NCBI GenBank assembly: GCA_965233585.1
Contig: CBDDTI010000622.1
Coordinates: 1-11,604 of the forward strand
DNA length: 11,604 bases
Source: a bacterium
GTDB lineage: Bacteria; SAR324; NAC60-12
Direction: 5' to 3'
The notes under the pieces are model-generated. The model searched no databases. It was not told the origin of the DNA and was given only the letters and a program-made list of their open reading frames with translations. Both the position numbers and the translations under genes were made by a program. Within the stretch, counting starts at the first letter, position 1. Every line of letters starts with the position of its first letter. This document shows positions 1 through 8,489 of this stretch, one piece after another.

Positions 1-536
1 CCCCTTTATTCATTTACATGGCATTAACTCTTTGTGAACATGCATGCAAAACAGTTTGTGACGTCAAATCCAGAATAGACCCAAGCCCCTCACCAGCTCG
101 GTCATGAGACAAAGAGTATTAAATTTCAGGTTGTACTGTAGCTCAAAAAAATTTCAGATGTTGCTAAAAAATGTTAAGTCGGTTTTGGAATAGTTTCAAG
201 TTTGCATTTTTGCGGAAATAGTATTTGGGGTTAGGTGCACTTTAAGGACAGTTTTACTCATAACATTCGTTAAGTTATATCAGCAACATTCAGAAAGGTT
301 GTCTTTACAGAGCAGCGCAACTAAAAGTCATCGGCATCCCAATATTAAAGCCATTAAAGCGTTTGTCTTCTTAAATCCATGCCCTAAATTAATCGATGTA
401 TTGATTCGAATAACAATCAAACGGATTCCACAAATACCTGTGAATACTTGTGTCTACTCCAATTTGCCGAAATTTAATTTAAGTCCTTGCGGTAACGATC
501 GCCGCCATCTTGGATTAGAACGAATTCCTTACTAAT

Positions 537-693
537 ACCCCACATTCCTCAGGATAAAAGCGACAGAACGAGCCAATCCCCCACATACTGGGGAGTCAAA
601 GAGCTTCCAATATGGTGATAAAGCTCCACTAAAGCCCCACATATCCCGGGGTGGGGGGGGGGGGGGTCGGGGTTTACTTTGACTGGTGCATTA
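537..693. repeat. Probable end fragment of a non-autonomous DNA transposon/MITE with a poly-G tract
   Basis: CCCCACAT occurs three times, followed by a long G run and the terminus GGGGTTTACTTTGACTGGTGCATTA, which resembles cnidarian MITE ends from memory. No partner TIR is in the window. Confidence 0.4.
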
Positions 694-884
694 GGCCGCC
701 ATCCTGGATTTGGTAACTGTGGAGGAATGTGACGAGGAAATATTTTCCGAGGAAGGATCGACGCGTGAAGAGAAAAAAATAACTCGTGCCTAGTGTATGA
801 ACGCAAAAGAAAAGATTGTGCACAGTCGTGGACCTTTTAAACATAAATTTTGGTATCTTTGTTTGCTCCTTTAGTGTTTGGGCT

Positions 885-1120
885 TTGCGATTGGTTGGTT
901 CTTGCGCTTCTGCTTACGACTCCGACAACGTAGTTTTCTCTGGATCATAAGCGACGGAGTCGTAAACGGAATCGGACGAAATGGAAACGTTCTGATTCTT
1001 CTGACTCCAATTCCATGGAGCTTATGACTCCGCTTACGACTCCGATTTTTGATTTTCCCAAGGTCATAAGGTCTCTTACGACTCCGACTTCGACTCCGTC
1101 ACTAGTAAAAGCCAGCCTTA
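885..1120. repeat. MITE fragment built from repeated (TTA)CGACTCCG motifs, one terminus present
   Basis: Several ACGACTCCG/TGACTCCG copies and one inverted CGGAGTCGTAA copy, ending in CACTAGTAAAAGCCAGCCTTA. It matches a common coral repeat from memory; the family was not verified. Confidence 0.6.
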
Positions 1121-1272
1121 TATGCACATCCCCGAAACTTTGGCACGTTGTTTATTTATTACTCTACTACGATATTTCAATTTCTTGACTCAATTTATTG
1201 AATGGTAAGCGATTTTATTTTTCCCTTGCTTGATAATTAACCTTACTTGCGTGACGTGAAAACCACCAATAG
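1121..1272. repeat. MITE end fragment
   Basis: Ends in GTGACGTGAAAACCACCAATAG, similar to the terminus ACGTCACATGAAAACCGAGAATT at 10967-10989. Confidence 0.4.
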
Positions 1273-1321
1273 GTCAACTGAAATCACGCGATCAACTCGC
1301 AATCACCCATTAAAAAGTGTA

Positions 1322-1376
1322 AATTTTATTACATCCAAACAAAAACCAGCACCTCCACGCAAATCTACACCTGTCC
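1322..1376 (+). pseudogene. 5' piece of the Penelope-like ORF (linker before the GIY-YIG domain), cut off by the 1377-4791 insertion
   Basis: Reads NFITSKQKPAPPRKSTPV and joins in frame to LQSVRIVLPFKEQK (4801 onward) when the insertion and one TSD copy are removed. Confidence 0.65.
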
Positions 1377-4300
1377 AGCAGATGGGCATTTTGTTTGCGC
1401 ATGCTCCGCAGAAAGTATTTTGATGTGAGTAACCGCTGATATGCGCCTGCTTTGCGTATTCGCAAATCGCAAAATGGTGGAAAAATGGCGTTGGTTTCAT
1501 AAACAAATTTTTCGGCGATGGAAGCAGTCTTTTCCTTTTTCACTTTGCAACTTGTGTAAAGGAGTCAGAAAATCAACCAAATGGTTTTGTGGAGTCTCGC
1601 AGAAAGTCCAAACCAAGTCCGTTTCAGGTCAAGGCACAAACAAACGCTGCTAGTCTTGTCTTGGAATTGTTAGAACACGGATGAATTCGAAGGAATATTT
1701 GTGAAGGATGCGTTGCAGAATTCGCAGAAGGCCTGTTCAGCACAGACGTAATTAAAAGCTATTTCATCATGTTAGAGCTGCTTCAAGAAACTACTGAAAT
1801 ATTCGAGGTTTTTCCTGGGCTATAAACGTTTTTTATCGCTTCCACTACTAATACAATAATCCTCGGACAATTGTGTCAATCAGAAAATAAAATTTTGCAC
1901 ACGTTCATTGACATGACCAGCACACAATACACAAACAGAAAACTTCAATGTCGAGTTAAGAAAAGTGACAACGAAGTAGAAGTAAAGAGATGTATTTAAA
2001 CCCATGGGGAGCTTTTAGAGATGGAAGGAAAATTAAGGATTTTATCAGAGAGCAAGCTAACTGCAATTATTAGTTTCACCTGTGAAAGTAACATTTGATA
2101 TGGAGGCTACAGTCAAATTGGCAGTACTCAAACACTACACAAACACACTTTCAAAAAGAGGTTTCAACAGAGCAGTACTAAAATTTAAATGCTCCATTCT
2201 TGTGAAACCACTGAAACCATGCTTCAAAAGATGCAGCATGTGTTTTGGTTCAGTTACAGTGGAGAAATAGCCCAGTGAACTGAAACAACCTCTTTCAGCT
2301 GCATCCCCTCAAACTTCACAAGTTGGGCTTTTTGTCTCTGGACTTAGCTTTGTGCTTCTAGGAATTCTTTCATTTTTTCAGGCTTAGTGTGCTCAGTGCA
2401 GATTACCATTCCAAAATATAAGGAAATTCCTGGCCAGTTTTACCCCCTCCTCCAATGGGCTAAACATATCAACAAAACATACATGTATTTCAATTTGCTG
2501 TTGATAATTTCAGCTGCAGATAAAAAAAAAATTAACAAAAAACAAATACACATTTTTCAACTTAAGTTTTCATATTTTTTCTGTTAAGATAATTGGTATG
2601 TGGTCTAATAGGTAGGCTCTTATTACAGGCCAATTACAAACAACAGTGCTGCAGTATTGATTGTTGCACCAGTCAAGTTGCAGGTCTTATGCTCCAACCA
2701 AACAAGGATTTGTCTCTTTGAAAGTCACACACATGGTCTCCAAAGTAGCATTGTTGCAACCAGCCCAACTGGAAATAATAGCAACTTCATCAAGGAAGGA
2801 TAGTTATTCAAGACAAGGGGGCTCACTTGAAGGCTCAAATGTGACAGTTTAAGGTCTGAAACAGATAACATAAACAAGTTTACATAATTTAGAAGTCAGG
2901 AAGAGTGCAGTTGTGGGCTTTATTAAGTACACTAAACCCCTCCCCATCCTCTTGCCTTCATCCTCACATCCACTGTAAATGATAAAATAATCAAACTTTC
3001 TAACAGATGGTTGAATTACTGGAAAGACTTGCTACCCAGTGATATTCAACAATATTTAAATTTTGTGCTTTGGTTAACAGAAGGTGCAGATATAAGAAAA
3101 TTACCTTTTTTGCCCTTTCATCAAAAATTTGAAATGAAATTGTTAAATCCCATTTACAACATTTTCATTTTGTATCTTAATTTATCTATGAAAAGGTGAA
3201 TAACTATGAATTTTCATTCTTAATTAGACTGACCTGATTACACCACATGGTGTATATTTCTGTCATGTTGAAGAGTTATATTGAGCAATAGCATTTTTCA
3301 TTTGCAAGCCAACAGTTTAAGACTAATTACATGAGTGAAAATTGTCAAAGGATGATCATTAGTTATCACAATAGCATTTGCGTTCCAACACAAATATTTC
3401 ATAACCATACTGCACAGAACATGAAGTTGTTGCAAGAGCTAGTACATTACAAATCCCATAACATTGAGAAGAATGTAAAAAAGAAATAATCCGCTTCATC
3501 AGTCTATTGTGTTTGAGGTGCAGCTCCCAATTTTTCTCACTGCCTGCATGTGCAGCAAATAATAGAAAGACAGTTACAGCCTGTTGTTTTAATTTTGTTT
3601 AAACAACTGTCTTTCTCTGATCATGAATCTTCCGAGCACGGTTAGAGAGCATAACATCAACACAATAGAATTTTGGAAGTTAGTCTGTATATTTGGTTAC
3701 ATTGTTGCAAAAAAATCAACTCGAAAGGCAGAGGAATTCTTAAAGCTCACGTCATTCGGTTCCCGGGTGTCGTTCGAAAGCTAAATGTACATGAAATGCG
3801 AAAACTTCGACAGAAACAGCACCAATTTTTGTTCTTAAAATACGACCATGCATTTTTGTGGGAGAAATAAACTGGATAGAGCAAAGGACAAGTAAACAAA
3901 CAATGCAATAAAAGTGCTTCGGGCTTGGGGGGCCAGCGAAATAATGAATTTTTACCAAACTTTCTACTCAAGTTAGCTCTTGGAGACGAAAAAGGCTATT
4001 ATAAAAATACCTAGAGAAACACTGAAAGAAAAATAGCGAAAGTCGTCGTGTATGAAAACGAAACTTTAACAGTGTAAAAGATAGACAATTACATGCCATG
4101 CATAACAGATTTGGAGAGCAACAAGACGAAAGACCTCAGTGATCCAAGACTCAGAAAAACTACCAAAACATTCCGAATGAAAATTTGCCAAAAGCTAATG
4201 TAAGAGAATTCTAATCCTGTAACCTATGCAATTTTTTAAGCCTAGAGGCCCCAGTGGCTGAGGAGAAGAAGAAGAGACAATGTTGTTGAAGTAATTTAAA

Positions 4301-4791
4301 GCTTGGGGGACCGGCGGAGATATGATGAAAATTTAGTTCAAAGTTGAAGAAAAATCCGCTCAAACTCAAAATTTCCTTCTCATATAAGATCGCGTATCCG
4401 ACGATCGACTCAACATACAACCCTATGATTCATAACAATAAATCTTCAACATCTTGAGACTAACCTTAATTGTTTGTCTTCTCCAGTGAACATCTTGATC
4501 TTCGTTAAATCAAATTCCAAACTCCACTTCTTTGGGCTTTTATCTCGTTCTGTTCGCACTTTGATCATTAATATATCCTCATCCAAAGTCCTGACAAACA
4601 CTACGGATATCCACAGTGTTAGAAATGTGTGCAAACTCGTTATAATCTTTCATCCCTCTTGACAACATCTTTCTCACAATGTAGATCACCCGTTTAAAAA
4701 CCGACTGCAGCACGTTCAAAAATAACAAATGGCGCCGAACTCAAATTATTCTACTCATGTGGCGCATGCGCACACAAAATGCCCATCTGCT
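1377..4791. mobile_element. 3,415-bp non-autonomous TIR DNA transposon with a 9-bp TSD (Mutator/MULE-like by TSD length; superfamily unconfirmed)
   Basis: Left TIR AGCAGATGGGCATTTTGTTTGCGCATGC (1377-1404) matches the reverse complement of 4764-4791 at 27/28. Perfect TSD CACCTGTCC at 1368-1376 and 4792-4800. No transposase ORF is recognisable inside. Confidence 0.9.
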
Positions 4792-4800
4792 CACCTGTCC

Positions 4801-5287
4801 TGCAATCAGTACGAATCGTTCTACCATTCAAGGAACAAAAATGAGAAGATTATTAGAGCTAACTCTGTGCGCAAACAGTTGAAGGATCTTGGTAAGCTGT
4901 TAAACATCGACTTATGCCCAGTCTTCACTTCTCTAAAAGTTGGAGAAGATCTCAAACATAAAGAAATCAAGCCCGCGTTGATCAACGAACAATCAATAGT
5001 TTACAAATTTGAATGTGGCTGGTGTGATGCCAGCTATGTTGGCTACACGCGTTGGTATCTCCAGGGCATCTCTACCAACGAATCGATGAGCATAAAAGAT
5101 CTGGATCAATATTCAATCACAGCCAATTCAACATCCATAAAGAACAATAACATCTAATATGTTTCACATTCTTAAGAAATGCTCCGGCAAATCTGATTGT
5201 CTTCTGTACGAAATGTTCCTTATTCGCGAGCACAAGCCGTGTCTAAATATTCAAAGTGACTCTATAAAAGCAAAACTTTTCACCTAG
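4801..5287 (+). pseudogene. Penelope-like retroelement C-terminal GIY-YIG endonuclease domain, frameshifted
   Basis: Pieces in several frames: VRIVLPFKEQK; ANSVRKQLKDLGKLLNIDLCPVFTSLKVGEDLKHKEIKPALINEQSIVYKFECGWCDASYVGYTR; HLYQRIDEHKRS (from 5067); MFHILKKCSGKSDCLLYEMFLIREHKPCLNIQSDSIKAKLFT* (5159-5287). The VY-x-F-x-C-x-x-C-x-x-x-YVG-x-T, R-x-x-EH and E...P-x-LN motifs are typical of PLE GIY-YIG domains. Confidence 0.9.
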
Positions 5288-5510
5288 CACAGGAAAAAAT
5301 AACGGATTCCCAATTTTGGATAATTTTGGGTATTTAAAGAATAACCACAAAAATCCCAAATTTGGAAGAGTGAGACAAATCCCAATTTGGGAACTTGGTT
5401 GGGAATTCCCTGATTGGATTTGTCTCACTTTACCAAATTTGGGATTTTTGGGGGTATTCTTTAAATACCCTAAAATATCCAAAATTGGGAATCCGTTATT
5501 TTTTTCTGTG
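5288..5510. mobile_element. 223-bp fold-back MITE with CACAG...CTGTG termini
   Basis: Imperfect inverted arms of about 100 bp (CACAGGAAAAAATAACGGATTCCCAATTTTGGATA... and ...TATCCAAAATTGGGAATCCGTTATTTTTTTCTGTG). The palindrome explains the near-identical ORFs 5243-5482(-) and 5316-5528(+). No clean TSD. Confidence 0.85.
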
Positions 5511-5572
5511 ATAGCCTCTAGGGACTAAGAACTTGAACTTGAACATTAATATTCTTGTTATCTGTTGAACAT

Positions 5573-5628
5573 TATATTTTGACCTGATGATGGTGTCATG
5601 AGGACACCGAAAAGTTGTCTTTAATATA
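5573..5628 (+). ncRNA. Minimal type I hammerhead ribozyme in the Penelope 3' region, probably degenerate
   Basis: GAC, CTGATGA (5584-5590), T, stem II GGTGTC/GACACC (5592-5597/5603-5608), GAAA, AGTT, GTC. Stem I is GAC/GTC plus TATATT/AATATA. The usual PLE stem III GAAACGTY reads GAAAAGTT here. Confidence 0.75.
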
Positions 5629-5798
5629 TACCCCCGGGTCGGCAAACCTTAACTTTTTGTGTAACTTTTCACAACTACCCCTGTCTAATATTAGCTTGTT
5701 TACTGTGTTGTTCACGGCTTATGCCGGTTTTTTTCGTTTTTTTTTTTAGCTTGCTTTCTGGTAAGGGATATGTTTTCAAGTGGATGTAGAATTAATTA

Positions 5799-5871
5799 CC
5801 CCCCCCCCCCCCCGCGCCCTACCCGCCCCGTCCCGCCCCTATGCTTTTTGTTGGGGGTGGGGGGGGGGGGG
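5799..5871. repeat. Low-complexity C-tract followed by a G-tract, with GC-box-like CCGCCC motifs
   Basis: A long C run, CCCGCCCC twice, a short spacer, then GGGGGT and a long G run. Confidence 0.7.
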
Positions 5872-6007
5872 AATCCTTAATGGCAAAAGGTTGTAGAGCT
5901 TACCTAGCCTGAAATGTTATCTGTTTTTTTGTTTAGCCCAACCCCCCCCCCCTCCCTCCCTCCCTCCCTCTCTTTGCCCCTTATCCAATTGGTGTTAAGT
6001 TTTACCC

Positions 6008-6391
6008 AGGCTTCACTCGGCTGAATACTAGTTCGCGCGGTATCTCGGAGGCGGCGTTGTTCTATTAGCTTTCTATAACTGCTGTCTAAAGGAAGTCTGC
6101 CGGAGGACATCATTAAGTCCAATGAAGGTGTAAGTCTAACGATTTGCTAGCAAGCGTCGTCCATTATCGTGCATGAAGCCGTCCTGAGATGTATTTTTGG
6201 GTGCGGGACGTGATTTAGTCCCGTAATCGTAGTCCGTTAACGTTTGGACCGCTACATGTGACGATAGTGTTGTGCTTGCTTTAGACAGCAAAGAGCCTTA
6301 GCCGCATCAATTTAGGGCTTAGACGTGCAATGTAGCAGACATTTCTAGCTGCTGTTGGCGTTATTTGGCCTGAACTTTGATGCGGCTTAAG
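6008..6391 (+). ncRNA. Candidate structured RNA of unknown family
   Basis: Perfect 12-bp helix 6080-6091/6279-6290, imperfect rod 6151-6192/6240-6278, and perfect 11-bp helix 6300-6310/6377-6387 closing a ~95-nt hairpin. Non-Watson-Crick pairs are mostly G-U on the + strand. Confidence 0.5.
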
Positions 6392-6484
6392 ACTGCGAAA
6401 AAAATCTGTTGTAGAGAGGAGATTCTACTTCCCCGCCGCTTGAAATCGAAGTACATCCGGGACATTGCTATTTGCGAGCAAAAC

Positions 6485-6531
6485 ATGGCCACGAACAGTG
6501 TCAAGGAAAGCACGTCAAAGGCTGATCGATC
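6485..6531 (+). CDS. Putative first coding exon of an unidentified spliced gene (MATNSVKESTSKADR-S, phase 2)
   Basis: Strong start context AAACATGG in CpG-rich sequence, consensus donor GTGAGT at 6532-6537, then T-rich intron-like sequence. Too short to identify, and no convincing second exon was found. Confidence 0.5.
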
Positions 6532-7110
6532 GTGAGTAAACCTTTCATTTCCTTGTTTTATAAATTTCAGTGGTTTTCGGCCTAGCTAACTACCAGACAT
6601 GTCTGTAATTCGCTAGCGCGGGGGAGATTATTGCTGTGGTTTCCGGTCTATAATTGACCTGCTGACAGCATGCGGCAATTAATTATGTCCGAGTTTGTTT
6701 GAAGTTCAAGCGATTCTCCATGTAAGAAGCTCTTGCTCAGTCCATTCAGGACGATTTAGGCCTTTAGAAAGCTGTAGATCAACTCTCCGCTGTGGTTTTG
6801 ATATCTGTACGTTCGTGTTTATTTAGACTCGAATTTCATTTTAAAGCACTGCTAATTAAATTGTACAATCCGTGATTCAACTCAAACAAAGTGAATTTTG
6901 AGTCCCTGGCCTCGAAAGGCATACAGAAAAGTGATTTCCTTTTCATTTGAACTACGATAAGCCTTGTGGAGAGCTAGCTCTAGGAGAGAATTGTATCAAG
7001 ATTATCAGTCAGGACAAGTCAAATTCTCTAGGTATGTTTCTGGAAATACAGAGAGATATTAGGCTGAAATGTCACGTAACGGCGTCTTTTATGCTGACAT
7101 GTAGGAGTCA

Positions 7111-7564
7111 ATTCCATGCGAAATCCTGTTGTTTATCGGTCCGCGAAAAAAGTATGGTTTTGCTGTCTATTTAAGTTGCTGTGTAAGCCTGAACCAGTGC
7201 AGCGAAAGTGTGTGATTGTGTGATTTCCGCATGGTGTTGACAGGTATATGATGTCTTGTTTAAGTGCTGTTTCGCCAAAATAGTCTGTGCCAGGCATTGA
7301 TATTTTTACGTCGGTGTTAAGCTTAGCTGATCGTACCTTGGAAAAAGCATTTCTCGACTCAGGAAAATTGAATCTAAGTCTAGTTTTAGCGAGCTCTAAT
7401 GGCATTCTTGAACCATAGGCCAGTCTTTGTGCAGACAAGGTGACAAGTTGTGCACTATGTTTAATTTCATTCAGTTTGTTGTCTATTCCATGAGAAATCC
7501 TGTAGTTTATCGGACCGCGAAAAAATTAGTGTTTTGCTGACTATGTAAGTTGCTATGTGAGCCT
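7111..7564 (+). repeat. Two copies of an 80-bp direct repeat (7111-7190 and 7485-7564)
   Basis: Ungapped alignment by eye gives 70/80 identity with a 374-bp offset. Confidence 0.9.
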
Positions 7565-8422
7565 TATCAGGCATTCTATCGCTGCAGCGAACTCAACTTA
7601 AAAATTTCTAGGCTGAAATGACACCGCTTTGAAACTTCGCCGGAAGTCAGGTTACTGAATAAATGTTCTAAAATTTGCGTCATTCTAAACTTCGACTCAT
7701 TGAATTGCTTCTAGGGACCATTAACTTACTGCTCGGCGTCAGATATAGGCTTTTTTATCGGCCTTTGGACGGATTTTATTGCTTTTAATTGCCAAGTAGT
7801 AAAATGAGCCCTTATCTTCACTAACCCTGTTTTCAAAAATTCAGGTATAATGAGGGTCCAAAATAGGGTTTTGCAATCCCGCATCCCGCCACCCTTTTCG
7901 GCCTTATCCCGCCATCCCGCCATATTGAGAGCCTCCATCCCGATCCCGCCATAAAACCCCGTAAGTATTCACCGTTATAGTAAATAAGAAAGTCAATTTT
8001 ATACGCATTTAAACTTTATAACTGTGACTGACTACCTCAATGGCAATTCAAATTGAAATCACTGATTTAATTTTAATACATATTCAGGAAATTACTTGCG
8101 TGAGCTTCGATTCATCTAGGGCTACTTAAGGTACACAGAAATTAAAGAACAAATCGACTGTTAAACCGTACTGGACGACCAGAGTGCATCAGAAATCCAG
8201 AAAAATGCCGCCAAAGAAACACAAAATAACGAGGCTTCAAAAAAGCAAGGATCGAAAAGTACATTACGCCATTGGCTAGTTGTTATAGCCAATAGAAATC
8301 AAGGATTTTCGATCCGCCACGAGGGTACAGAACCACAAGAAGTCTATGCCAAGCCGCAGAATGTCTAACATTCTCACTTATCAGGTACGAGTTGCGCTAG
8401 CAACTTCAGCCGTACAGAGAAC

Positions 8423-8489
8423 TTTAGAAATACCAGCAACTGATGAGATCCACATGGAGGATCGAAACCATGGTCTTGCCTGAACTAAG
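8423..8489 (+). ncRNA. Type I hammerhead ribozyme with an intact core; predicted cleavage after GUC at 8475
   Basis: Stem I GCAA/TTGC (8436-8439/8476-8479), extended by CA/TG and TTTAG/CTAAG around an internal loop. CTGATGA 8440-8446; stem II GATCC/GGATC with loop ACATGGA; GAAA 8464-8467; short stem III AC-CATG-GT (palindrome ACCATGGT); cleavage triplet GTC. Confidence 0.88.

Noticed and set aside
75..535. ORF 299-535 and a possible repeat ending near GCCGCCATCTTGG
   Set aside because: The ORF has no recognisable features, and repeat boundaries cannot be supported from this window alone.
3497..3503. Other CUGANGA matches (here on the minus strand; also near 547, 4258 and 11505)
   Set aside because: None is followed by a stem II and GAAA, so they are not hammerheads.
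4729..5157. Longest ORF (142 aa) as a functional gene
   Set aside because: It is chimeric: it starts inside the end of the inserted element and follows the Penelope frame only in its middle part.
5243..5528. Near-identical ORFs on opposite strands
   Set aside because: An artefact of the palindromic MITE.
5898..6122. Minus-strand ORF and AG|GTAAGC donor suggesting a divergent gene
   Set aside because: The ORF runs through low-complexity sequence and stops at the donor, with no supporting homology.
6080..6391. RNase P/MRP, telomerase RNA, 7SK, SRP or U3 identity for the structured region
   Set aside because: GGAAGTCTGCCGG resembles the P4 5' strand of RNase P/MRP, but the helix topology and the 3' conserved region do not fit. 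There is no CTAACCCTAA template, and no signature motifs of SRP, 7SK or U3 were seen. A cmscan is still needed.
6485..6531. Gene symbol for the exon (DRS is reminiscent of the CSTF2 N-terminus)
   Set aside because: Three residues are not evidence, and no following RRM exon was found in the window.
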